DNA of 37,866 nucleotides from positions 13,216,866 through 13,254,731 of the forward strand of contig NC_069005.1 in NCBI RefSeq assembly GCF_001194135.2, read 5' to 3'. The position numbers and the translations under genes are program-made. Position 1 is the stretch's first letter; each line of letters begins with the position of its first letter. The notes below the pieces were generated by a model that did not search any database, was not told the DNA's origin, and saw only the letters and a program-made list of their open reading frames with translations. The stretch comes from Octopus bimaculoides (taxonomy: Eukaryota). Below, in pieces: positions 12,146 to 23,453 of this stretch.

Positions 12146-12199
12146 AATATGTGAGTAGGGACGATTGACTGCCATTCCCGGCTCGCAGATCTGGGAAAT

Positions 12200-13125
12200 C
12201 TCTCAACGCCTTAATTAAGTTCCCTTCTCTCCTAGCCTTATCTAAACTTAGCTGACGGCTAAGTTTATGGCTCCTTTTAGGGCAAACCACCACCGGTTAT
12301 TCACCACGGTACCGGTTAATGTCCTTTTCACTAGCCCCTTAATCCGGTTACGGTATGGCTCACAAGCCAAAACAGACTTGTTCAGCTTTCAATAGCTAGA
12401 TCCCTGTCTATAGGAACTATCTATGTTCAGCCTGCACTTAACCATTTTATGGTCTGTGTAGGCGACTTGAACAACCTGTGGACAGCTAAAGCTAGACTTA
12501 TCTCTAATCCTTATAACTATCCTGTCTAAGTAAGACTTGAGCTTCCCGTCGCCATTCATCCAGGTTCACACTATAACCTTCGGATGCTCGAGTCTGTAAC
12601 GATCTGCCAGCTGAAAACGCTTAAGCAGATCGATGGGACGTGAGTTAACACACCTACCAGTCAAGCCACAGCTATTCAGACGTGCATCCAGGATAGCATT
12701 GCAGTCTCCTAACACAACAATTGTCTTGGACGTCACGAGAATGTTCTCTAAGTGTCGATAGAAATCAGTTTGCCGCCTTCTTGCACAAGGCGCGTAAATA
12801 CCGATCAACCTGAAGGCCTTGTTGCTGTGTGTTACGTCAAGGACGACCAGCCCACATTCAGGGTCCACAAAGACTGTACTTGTCTGCAGAACCAAGCCTT
12901 TTCGGACCAGGACTACTACACCCAACGACCTCCGGTTTGGCCAGGAGACATGATTTTCTCATTGCGATCCAGGAGAACCGAGAAGGTTTGTAGCCTATCC
13001 AGCTTAGTCTCTGTAGCAACCATCACATGTATATCATGTGATCTGAGGTCGTCGAGGAAACATGCTTGCTTCCACTTCGAGCTCAGACCACGCACATTTA
13101 AACAACGAAGGTTAAGTGTTGTCAG
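12200..13125 (-). pseudogene. Tx1/L1-like ORF2 apurinic-type endonuclease and linker of element B
   Basis: LNVRGL, ATETK, GVVVL, IYAP, VLGDCNA, SYLDR, TDH and Y*KLN (WKLN) motifs in order; one frameshift near 12925 and two TGA stops. Confidence 0.9.
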
Positions 13126-13498
13126 TTCAAGAAAAAGTAAAGGTTCTACTTACTTTTTTGTTGGCGATGTAGGGGCCGACCTCATGTCNNNNNNNNNNNN
13201 NNNNNNNNNNNNNNNNNNNNNNNNNNNNNNNNNNNNNNNNNNNNNNNNNNNNNNNNNNNNNNNNNNNNNNNNNNNNNNNNNNNNNNNNNNNNNNNNNNNN
13301 NNNNNNNNNNNNNNNNNNNNNNNNNNNNNNNNNNNNNNNNNNNNNNNNNNNNNNNNNNNNNNNNNNNNNNNNNNNNNNNNNNNNNNNNNNNNNNNNNNNN
13401 NNNNNNNNNNNNNNNNNNNNNNNNNNNNNNNNNNNNNNNNNNNNNNNNNNNNNNNNNNNNNNNNNNNNNNNNNNNNNGGACGGGTGGGTGGGCCTTTT

Positions 13499-14674
13499 TT
13501 AATTGTCTGTATTGCAAGGTTTTCTGATTTTGTAGGGGATGCGGATGGCGATTGGGACAATAGTCTTTTGGCCGAGTGCCGTAGAGCAGTGAACTCCCCC
13601 CTCGACTACCTCCATAGTGTCATCCGAGGGAGTTGCACTTTTGTTATCAGGTGCCATCGACGTTGAGGCGGTGAGTATATTTGTTGTTGTCGGGACTGGT
13701 GTATGCTTGGGTTGGGGCTTTTGGAACATTTGTTTGGGGACTTGTGTGGGCACCACAGTTGTGGGAGTGGGTGTCTTTACTAGTGTAGGGGCTGGTGTGT
13801 GTGTGGTTTGGGGGTTTATGAGGGGCCGGGTGTGGATGTAATTACAGATGTTTGGGCCTTTGAATCTTCTTCCTCTTGTGTCGAGTTTTGTCCTTCCTTT
13901 TTCTTGGAATCACAATCGGCCTTTATGTGCCCCTTTCGACCACATTTGAAGCACCTAGGCTTCTTTCCCTCCACCTGAATTTTCAGGACCACGTCCTCAC
14001 CCACTACCACTCTACCGGGAACTTTTTCAAGGTCTTCCGGAGCCACTTGGATGATAGCCGTGATGCTCTGCCCGAGCCAATTTTGGGTGGGCAGAGCGTG
14101 TCACTTGTAAGATGTTAATTTTGTCCTCTATTAAATAACAGGGTGGCCATCACACACACGGCTTCAATTTCCGGCGGTATTTCTGCCACCTTAACACGGA
14201 ACGTGCGCCGCCCCATATAGGTCGGTAGAAACACCACTTCATTTGCTTTTAAAGGGCTGACAGAGTGCTCGTGAGCTTTCTCTACTCTCCAAAACCTGGC
14301 TTCTACTGTGCCAAATTTTGTCCTTCTTGAGATATACATGATGTCATTCCAAAATGGGGCAAGACATTTTTCAACTTTATCCTGGTCCATGTGTGCCGTT
14401 TTCTTTCTCTTTGGGCAAAATGTTTTGAATGTAACTGTTCTTTTTTTTATTTCCGCCGTTGCGTTAGTGGGAGGCGATATTTTAACATCGCCCTCCACCC
14501 CCGGCATCCTCTTGAACATCTCCTGGAGGTCCCCAAATGGGATCTCCAGATTTTCAGCATGTATCGCGGCGACTGCCGCGAAGCATCTTGGTAATTTTGG
14601 GGGTTGGGCTGGTTAGACTCCAAAGCTTCATTCTCTTCCAGAGAGCATTTTTTTCTAATTATCTCACCCGACAT
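13499..14674 (-). pseudogene. Tx1-like ORF1 of element B (frameshifted), intact CCHC knuckle, Pro/Thr-rich C-terminus
   Basis: Pieces 14674-14447, 14519-14115, 14046-13816 (KPRCFKCGRKGHIKADC), 13756-13499; lies upstream of the ORF2 endonuclease across gap 13189-13477. Confidence 0.85.
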
Positions 14675-14712
14675 TTTGGTAGAGATAAATTAGTAAAAGA
14701 AGCACAAAACTA

Positions 14713-14933
14713 CAGTTCAAAAAATGATTTCCTTTCACACGGAATATAGATTCAAATGTCACCCCCGTCGGGGCTAGGGGCGCAGCTCAACGAAGCCAAA
14801 AATAATTTTTCGTTTTACCAAAAGAAAAATTATAGGTTTCTCTTTTTTTCAGTTCAAAAATTAACTCCTCTCAAGAGGAGCAACAGTTCAAATCCCACCC
14901 CCGTTTGGGGGCGGAGAGCAGCTCAACAATGCC
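14713..14933. repeat. Two about 85-bp direct repeats (period 137 bp) with internal hairpins, upstream of element B ORF1
   Basis: Shared words cagttcaaaaa, ttcaaat..cacccccgt, gcagctcaac at 14713-14797 and 14850-14933; ctcctct-ca-agaggag hairpin 14865-14880. Confidence 0.75.
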
Positions 14934-15262
14934 TACAAAGGCTAAATTATAACATGTATTTTGTTAAAGAATCCAAAACAAATATGCTGAATGGCTACAA
15001 AAATTTCACTATTCTCCGGAATACTAGGAAATAAATAGTCCAACAAAGCCTGCAAACACACAACAGTTCATAATAACAATTTTCAACAATAATTTTCAAT
15101 AACAGTTTACAATNNNNNNNNNNNNNNNNNNNNNNNNNNNNNNNNNNNNNNNNNNNNNNNNNNNNNNNNNNNNNNNNNNNNNGTACACAGAAGGGACAGC
15201 ACAAAGTAGGGACAAAAAAAAAAACGAATGGAAAGAATGAATTCAAATATAATGAAAGATGA

Positions 15263-15301
15263 AATGAAGTCGTTCGGCCCCCACCTCCGAGCGACTTCAT
15301 T
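15263..15301. other. 15-bp-stem hairpin downstream of element C ORF1
   Basis: aatgaagtcgttcgg-cccccacct-ccgagcgacttcatt: 14 of 15 Watson-Crick pairs. Confidence 0.8.
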
Positions 15302-15416
15302 GAACCTGTTAATACAAGCTTTTGTTTTCTTTTTTTAAAACATTAATTTATAACTAACATTGATAGTATCTTCGTAACTGCTAATTTCCACTTCTTTGGA
15401 AAATGTCTATGTAAAG

Positions 15417-17040
15417 TCAGTTTAAAATGTATGTATAACTTACCCTTTTCGGTATTTTGCTGGTGTCCATTTTCGTAACCCACCAATCGAAGTCAATTTC
15501 TTCCTCGTAATTCGTTAATCTCGAGAGGTATTCCTGGTCCACCACTACACAGCAAACGTCCTCGGGCACCCCCACCTACCCCTCCTACTACTCTTGTTAC
15601 GTCCCCTTCTGTTGCTTTGTCCCATGACTTTATCTCGTTGCAAAGTTCTTCCTTTTTACTGTTATATAATATAACGAATTTATCCAAGGGCCGGGTGGGG
15701 AAATTTGAGGCTCCTGTGTGTTTGCGCTTGTGTTTATGTCAGACAGGGTACGTGGAAGGTTGGTGTTTGTAGGGACTGGTTGGAGTAGATTAGGTGTAGT
15801 GGGATCCGGGTGGGTTNNNNNNNNNNNNNNNNNNNNNNNNNNNNNNNNNNNNNNNNNNNNNNNNNNNNNNNNNNNNNNNNNNNNNNNNNNNNNNNNNNNN
15901 GGGGGGGGGGTCGTCGTTTACCACGTGTGTCCTCTGTCTCCTCTTCCTTCTTTTTTTCCTACCGTTTCCCAGTTGGTGCTCACCTCCTCTTCCTCGACCA
16001 CTGGTATTTGTTTTTGTCTGTGGTGCTGTTTCACCCTCCACACGCCTCTCCTTAGCCTCCACGGGCAGTGGAGTGTCAACTACTTTCTCGCTCTCTTGCC
16101 TTTCCTTAGCCTTCACAGGTAGTGGAGGTCAATCCGCTCTAATGTGACCTTTCAGGCCACATTTATAGCACCGCGGAATCCTCCCTTCCACTCTGACTTT
16201 TAGTATAACGTCACCAACCGTAATAGTCTCTACCATATTTTCGATATCTTCCGAGGCAATCTGTACTACCATGTCCAGGCTTTGCCCTTGCTAGTTCCTG
16301 TGGGGTGTTCTGGTGGCCTGGAGGACCACCACCTTCTCCTCCATGCCTAGCAGTATGGCAGCTACCAGCCAGGCTACATCTACTTCTGGGAGTGTGTCTA
16401 CTACCCTAACCCTAGAAGCACGTCTCCCAAGATATACGGGTAGAAGCACTACCTCATCAGTTCTCAACTGTGTTGCTGAGTGTAGACTGGCAGTAGCAAC
16501 CTCTCAAAACTGCACCTCCACCCTTCCAAAGTTTCTTCCTCTGGCAAGGTAGGAAATCTCCTGCCAGGTTGGTTTAAGTGCCTTTTCTATTCGAGCCGTC
16601 GACATGACTGCAATCTTCCTGCCTGCTACCGAGTATGTTCCGTAAATTATTGTTTTCTCACTTTTTTTTTCTTTCAAAACTTCTTTGCTGGGGAACACCT
16701 TCACTTCGTTCCCCTCCCTTTTAATCATTCCCTTGAATTTACTCAATTCCTCCAGCCTCATGTCTTCACTTTTTTCTTTCGTCGCCTCTACATATATTTT
16801 TTATCTCCATTACTTTGTCAATCTTTTTCAAACATTTTACCATTTCTTCCTCAGACGACACAAAGTCTGCAGAAGAATAATTCAAATCTTCACAACTCAT
16901 CACCCGAGGCCCCTCCATTAAACGAGAGGGAAAACGTCGCTGCAAGACAGCCAAAAATCCACGTGAGTTACAAACAAAGGCATAGTTCGACAAGCAAACG
17001 CTATACCGGAAGCCAGCTTCTTAGCACGCAGCTGCACCTG
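15417..17040 (-). mobile_element. Tx1-like element C: 5' UTR plus apparently complete but disabled ORF1 (about 16918-15417), no ORF2 after its stop
   Basis: SSEEEMVK.., RGRNFGRVEVQF, VVLLPVYLGRR, VEGRIPRCYKCGLKGHIRAD*; C-terminal frame NYEEEIDFDWWVTKMDTSKIPKRVSYTYILN* then AT-rich non-coding sequence. Confidence 0.8.
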
Positions 17041-17689
17041 CCCCTGTCATATTTGTTATTGAATTATTTTCATTTGTTCCNNNNNNNNNNNNNNNNNNNN
17101 NNNNNNNNNNNNNNNNNNNNNNNNNNNNNNNNNNNNNNNNNNNNNNNNNNNNNNNNNNNNNNNNNNNNNNNNNNNNNNNNNNNNNNNNNNNNNNNNNNNN
17201 NNNNNNNNNNNNNNNNNNNNNNNNNNNNNNNNNNNNNNNNNNNNNNNNNNNNNNNNNNNNNNNNNNNNNNNNNNNNNNNNNNNNNNNNNNNNNNNNNNNN
17301 NNNNNNNNNNNNNNNNNNNNNNNNNNNNNNNNNNNNNNNNNNNNNNNNNNNNNNNNNNNNNNNNNNNNNNNNNNNNNNNNNNNNNNNNNNNNNNNNNNNN
17401 NNNNNNNNNNNNNNNNNNNNNNNNNNNNNNNNNNNNNNNNNNNNNNNNNNNNNNNNNNNNNNNNNNNNNNNNNNNNNNNNNNNNNNNNNNNNNNNNNNNN
17501 NNNNNNNNNNNNNNNNNNNNNNNNNNNNNNNNNNNNNNNNNNNNNNNNNNNNNNNNNNNNNNNNNNNNNNNNNNNNNNNNNNNNNNNNNNNNNNNNNNNN
17601 NNNNNNNNNNNNNNNNNNNNNNNNNNNNNNNNNNNNNNNNNNNNNNNNNNNNNNNNNNNNNNNNNNNNNNNNNNAAATATATATACATA

Positions 17690-17860
17690 CATGAGCATAT
17701 ATGTATGTGTCTGTGCGTACGTGCATATGTGTGCGTACGTACTTGTGTGTGCGTGCTTGTGTGTGCGTGCGTGTGTGCATGTGTGTGTGTGTTTGTGTGC
17801 CTGTGTATGTGTGCTTGTGTCTGTGCGTACGTGCGTGTGTGTGTGTATATTTGTATTTAT
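17690..17860. repeat. Degenerate (TG)n tract
   Basis: Direct reading. Confidence 0.85.
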
Positions 17861-18241
17861 TCTTTTATTCTTTTACTCGTTTCAGTCATTTGACTGCAGC
17901 CATGCTGGAGCACCACCTTGTAGTCGAGCAAAACGACCCGAACACCTATTCTTTGTAAGCCTAGTACTTATTCTATCGGTCCGTTTTTCTGAACCGCTAG
18001 GTTACGGGGACGTAAACACACCGGCATCGCATGTCAAGCGATGTTGGGGGGCGACAAACACAGACACATATATACATATATACGACGGGCTTCTTTCAGT
18101 TTCCGTCTACCAAATCCACTCACAAAGCTTTGGTCGGCCCGAGGCTATAGTAGAAGACACTTGCCCAAGGTACCACGCAGTGGGACTGAACCCGGAACCA
18201 TGTGGTTGGAAAGCAAGCTCCTTACCACACAGCCATTCCTG
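17861..18241 (-). mobile_element. Full-length SINE family A copy
   Basis: Reverse complement aligns end to end with 4643-5071; tail (taaaaga)-like. Confidence 0.9.
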
Positions 18242-19154
18242 TATATATAAACAAATACTGCACACAATTTTCTTCCATTCTATATCTTTTTTCTAGCTAT
18301 TGTCCTTAAGTATATTTTATGAATGCGAAAAATATTATATTACAGCAAAGAATACGGAGCAAATGAAAATAATTTAATAACAAATATAGACATAAAGNNN
18401 NNNNNNNNNNNNNNNNNNNNNNNNNNNNNNNNNNNNNNNNNNNNNNNNNNNNNNNNNNNNNNNNNNNNNNNNNNNNNNNNNNNNNNNNNNNNNNNNNNNN
18501 NNNNNNNNNNNNNNNNNNNNNNNNNNNNNNNNNNNNNNNNNNNNNNNNNNNNNNNNNNNNNNNNNNNNNNNNNNNNNNNNNNNNNNNNNNNNNNNNNNNN
18601 NNNNNNNNNNNNNNNNNNNNNNNNNNNNNNNNNNNNNNNNNNNNNNNNNNNNNNNNNNNNNNNNNNNNNNNNNNNNNNNNNNNNNNNNNNNNNNNNNNNN
18701 NNNNNNNNNNNNNNNNNNNNNNNNNNNNNNNNNNNNNNNNNNNNNNNNNNNNNNNNNNNNNNNNNNNNNNNNNNNNNNNNNNNNNNNNNNNNNNNNNNNN
18801 NNNNNNNNNNNNNNNNNNNNNNNNNNNNNNNNNNNNNNNNNNNNNNNNNNNNNNNNNNNNNNNNNNNNNNNNNNNNNNNNNNNNNNNNNNNNNNNNNNNN
18901 NNNNNNNNNNNNNNNNNNNNNNNNNNNNNNNNNNNNNNNNNNNNNNNGTGGTGGTGATATATGCTGACGAAGAAGGTAGTTAATGGATAGAAGCGATATT
19001 TCCGTTAGGTGGCGCCAAGGAGGAAATCATAAGAGATATATATATATAGGAAGTGAAAGAGTAGAGGAAGAGGAAGATAGTGGAAGAGATGGTGACTAGT
19101 AGAATGGGAGAAAGAGAGAAAGCGGGAGAGTGGGGATGAGAGGCAGGAAGTGAG

Positions 19155-19156
19155 AG

Positions 19157-19207
<51 letters not shown>
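19155..19207. repeat. (AG)n microsatellite
   Basis: Direct reading. Confidence 0.95.
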
Positions 19208-19210
<3 letters not shown>

Positions 19211-19289
19211 GGGAAATGTGTAAAACGAGCAAGAGACTTTATGATATCCTTAAAACTGATGCTCATTCGTTGACTAGCGGAATCGAATC

Positions 19290-19450
19290 GTCATAATCAT
19301 CATCATCACTACCACCACCACTGCCATCACCATCTCCATCATTATCATTATTACCGTCGCCATTACCATCGTCATCGTTATTGTCATCGACATGATCATC
19401 ATCATCATCATCAGCATCATCATCAACATCATCATCATCATTATCATCAA

Positions 19451-19503
<53 letters not shown>

Positions 19504-19705
19504 ACATCATCATCATCATCAGCTGCAAAAGCAGCATTTCCTCGTCGTCGTCTTTGTCATCGTCGCCGCCTTTGTCATTACCATCAACATCGTCATCGTC
19601 ATTACCGTCGTCGTAACCATCATCGTCGTCATCATCACCATCAACCTCATCATCATTTCTTCTATCATCATGATCATCATCATCACCATAACCACCACCA
19701 CTACG
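19290..19705. repeat. Degenerate (CAT)n/(CGT)n/(CAC)n trinucleotide tract
   Basis: Direct reading; gives the poly-M/poly-D/poly-I ORFs. Confidence 0.9.
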
Positions 19706-19939
19706 CCCCAACTTTCACGTTCCTCCTTTATGTCTACGAGGCAAACAAAATTCAACCTGAATATTTCATGAAGTCATTCTGCAGGGGGTTCAACCCTAGT
19801 TACTTGTGCAACCATCCTCTGGAAGGAATATGTAAATTTTGGCTATTTGAAACACGTTTCAAACTGTAGATTTTTGGTGGTCATATTTGCACTCAGTACA
19901 AAGCTTGTATTTGTATTTGACCATAAAATGCCCGCCTCT

Positions 19940-20060
19940 GAAAGAGCTAGGTTACTCGGATATGTAATTAGAATATCAAAGAAAAGAGTCACATGACGGA
20001 TTCTTCAAACAGGAGACCTAGGGGTAGACCAAGAACGAAATGGTTGGATAATATCGTCTC
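19940..20060 (+). mobile_element. RTE-like LINE C-terminal remnant
   Basis: RARLLGYVIRISKKRVT*RILQ then, after a frameshift, RRPRGRPRTKWLDNI: the RTE W.GHV.R...GRP..RW.D motif. Confidence 0.7.
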
Positions 20061-20119
20061 AGTTAGACACGCTTGGGAATCCAACAGGAAAATCCAATGA
20101 CGGTTGCTTCTGATAAAAC

Positions 20120-20680
20120 TCAATGGAGGAGGTGCCTGATGATTTTACACCCACTACACTTCAAGGAATAGAGGGCGGAGAAAACGGATGGATGGATAAT
20201 TCTGGTTACTGTTTTATTGCGACTTCCATAAGCCAGATGCATACGATATGCATCCTCAGTCGTAACGTCAACAAGCTTTTTCCATTTCATACTGATCACT
20301 TCAAAGAAATCATTAACAATTTCCAATTCGTCTTTAAAGTAAATGTTCATAATCTTACAAAATACAAAATTCGTCTGTTAAAATTACATCAACCGTGTAT
20401 TTTGCAAAGAGTAATAGTTGAGAGGTCATTGCGATATGATTCGGTTTATTCAATTGAATGACAAACAAAAGATTCTTCCTTATTTGATTAATGGTTAAGT
20501 TACTTATGTTGCCTGACTTCCTTGTTATCCGTTTCGATATTATGACAGTTGGAAACAAATTTATCGTTTAGATTTCTTCCTGCTTCTTCATCACGAAAAC
20601 AAACCATATCCTTTTAGAAATGGCTAACACAAGTCGATCAACCCTGAAGCTTCTTGACTTGCGCGATTTTGTATTCAACA
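20120..20680 (-). mobile_element. hAT (Buster/ZBED5-like) transposase remnant
   Basis: IAQVKK..KDMV..EEA, FVIQLNKPNHIAMTSQLLLFAKY..EF (cf. F.LQLDESTD...QLL.FVRY) and VNDFFEVISMKWKKLVDVTTED (cf. W.K.V.VTTDGA) in the correct order, with stops and frameshifts. Confidence 0.72.
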
Positions 20681-20804
20681 ATGTAAATGAAAAAGAAAAA
20701 AACGACAAACAGAGCAAACGGTATTGTATGTCCTGTCGTAAAATTTCCTGGTGAACCAAGATATTGCGGCATCGTGGCAAGCAATGGCTCGAAATAATCA
20801 TGAT

Positions 20805-20816
20805 CACGCACACACA

Positions 20817-20865
<49 letters not shown>

Positions 20866-21043
20866 NNNNNNNNNNNNNNNNNNNNNNNNNNNNNNNNNNN
20901 NNNNNNNNNNNNNNNNNNNNNNNNNNNNNNNNNNNNNNNNNNNNNNNNNNNNNNNNNNNNNNNNNNNNNNNNNNNNNNNNNNNNNNNNNNNNNNNNNNNN
21001 NNNNNNNNNNNNNNNNNNNNNNNNNNNNNNNNNNNNNNNNNNN

Positions 21044-21107
<64 letters not shown>

Positions 21108-21110
21108 AGT
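20805..21110. repeat. (CA)n - gap - (TA)n
   Basis: Direct reading. Confidence 0.9.
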
Positions 21111-21440
21111 ATACAAGAGTTACAGAATGGAGTATGGGAAATGCGGGCTACATACGTTTCATAGTGAGTGTGGAACCTCAGAAGTGGTAAAATCCAAGTG
21201 TGGTGTATCCCGCACCGTCTTCTCTTCAGGCCAATGATATCTTGATTAGATTGAAGAATTGTCTGCCGTATACACCTTACTTGGATTTTATCACTTCAGA
21301 GGTTCCACTCACTATGAAACATAAGCAGTCCGGATTACCTATACTCCATTCCGCTATTCTTGTATTCTTTTTCGCACGCTCTATATACATATGTATAGCT
21401 ATACACATATGTATATAGATATATTTACTAGTAGTATTTA

Positions 21441-21987
21441 GGCAGTAATTTTACATTCTTTTATAAATGCAAATTCTTTTAACATAATTGCATGTCATCA
21501 TGCAGCTCTATTTTCCATTTTCCCCTGTTGACATCCGAGCTTCATCCATGTTGCATGTGTTGCCAGTGTTCTCCCGAAATGCCTGTCATATGTATACTCT
21601 ATAGAAATATATGATTCAATGATATCAAATCACTATTTAACATGCTATCTTAAAGATAGTGCCTTCTCGCAAGTATATATGTATACATATATATATATAC
21701 ATATATATATATACATATGTGTGTCTGTATATATGTCGCATATTGACAGTACTTAGGCAGTAATTTTTCATTGCTTTATAAAAGCAAGTTCTTTTAACAT
21801 AATTGCACGTCAACTTATATCACTGTTTTACGTTTACCTCTATTGACGTTTGAACTTACTTCATATTGCATGCCTTGCTAGTGTTATCCCGACATGCATG
21901 TCATATGTATACACTATAGGAATATATGACACAATGATGTCAAATCAATATTAAGCATGATATCTTAAAGACAGCGTGTTCGCACTA

Positions 21988-22021
<34 letters not shown>
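21441..22021. repeat. Tandem duplication, 315-bp period, each unit ending in (TA)n
   Basis: ggcagtaattt..tttaacataattgca..tcatatgtata..tatcttaaaga at 21441 and again at 21756. Confidence 0.85.
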
Positions 22022-22428
22022 NNNNNNNNNNNNNNNNNNNNNNNNNNNNNNNNNNNNNNNNNNNNNNNNNNNNNNNNNNNNNNNNNNNNNNNNNNNNNNN
22101 NNNNNNNNNNNNNNNNNNNNNNNNNNNNNNNNNNNNNNNNNNNNNNNNNNNNNNNNNNNNNNNNNNNNNNNNNNNNNNNNNNNNNNNNNNNNNNNNNNNN
22201 NNNNNNNNNNNNNNNNNNNNNNNNNNNNNNNNNNNNNNNNNNNNNNNNNNNNNNNNNNNNNNNNNNNNNNNNNNNNNNNNNNNNNNNNNNNNNNNNNNNN
22301 NNNNNNNNNNNNNNNNNNNNNNNNNNNNNNNNNNNNNNNNNNNNNNNNNNNNNNNNNNNNNNNNNNNNNNNNNNNNNNNNNNNNNNNNNNNNNNNNNNNN
22401 NNNNNNNNNNNNNNNNNNNNNNNNNNNN

Positions 22429-22502
<74 letters not shown>

Positions 22503-23453
22503 TGTATGTATAAAGACACATAGACAGATAGATACATATACCGATATATACATACATATATATACATGTATATGCATAAATACATATATACTCATATACA
22601 CACACATAAATTCACACCTGGCAGAACATTCTGTCCTCCCTTTTTCGTGATAGGTTAATTCCAACATTTATGTTGTCATCAGTAATATTGTTTATGTCTA
22701 ATGTGCTTCGTACTTAACGACATTAACTCAAATCTCTGTAAAAGGCCTATAGCCAAGCTGTTAATTCGTGAAAAAAAAAAATGCAGCCGTAGTAATTTTA
22801 GCCTCACATCAAATGAATTATTGATAAGGTAATAATTAGGCACACCTTGTAAATCAAAATGTAACGTGATATGTCATTTTAAGATTAGAAATTGAACTGG
22901 TGGACAGAATGTAAATTTTTTAGAATACATCGAATACATATAATAAAGTGCTTAGACAAAGATTGGTATTTGATTTGGGTGAGAATTTGTAGTGTGGGCC
23001 TTTTATTATGCCGAATAAGTTTACTGTGGTTCCGTTAAAATTATTGTTTATAGTTTATTTGTCATATACCAGGATGTGTTGAGTGCTTTGAAATTTTACC
23101 AAATTAAGTTGTTTATGGTAAGTATTAAGGTGTTGGGTATTTACCTTCATTAAAAGCTTGGTATATCTGTATGCGTATGTGCGCGCCTGCGCGTGTGTGT
23201 CTGTGTCTATGCCTGTGTAAATATATATATATATGTAAGTTGTATTTAAAATTAAAGCTTAGGTAGGAGACTTTAAAGAGCAGTATCAAAACATTGTATT
23301 GGGAATGTCCCTCGTAGTGCGCCGGCAGAGCGCGTTCACCGCTTGCGGCTACCAGGCATCATCCAGGGCGGTGCACTTTCGTTGCTGGATGTACGTAAGG
23401 AATTCCTCAGTGCACGTTGAGTGTATTCTAAATGATTAATACGGAAGACAAAA

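Noticed and set aside
14850-14905. tRNA-Leu/Ser-like look (variable-arm hairpin plus gttcaaatccc)
   Set aside because: T-stem and acceptor stem do not pair and there is no A box.
15263-15301. Hairpin starting AUGA considered as a SECIS element
   Set aside because: AUGA pairs Watson-Crick with UCAU rather than forming the GA/GA quartet, and the loop lacks the AA motif.
19274-19755. Poly-Asp/poly-Met ORFs resembling acidic biomineral proteins
   Set aside because: Pure trinucleotide repeat open in several frames and on both strands; no splice or domain evidence.
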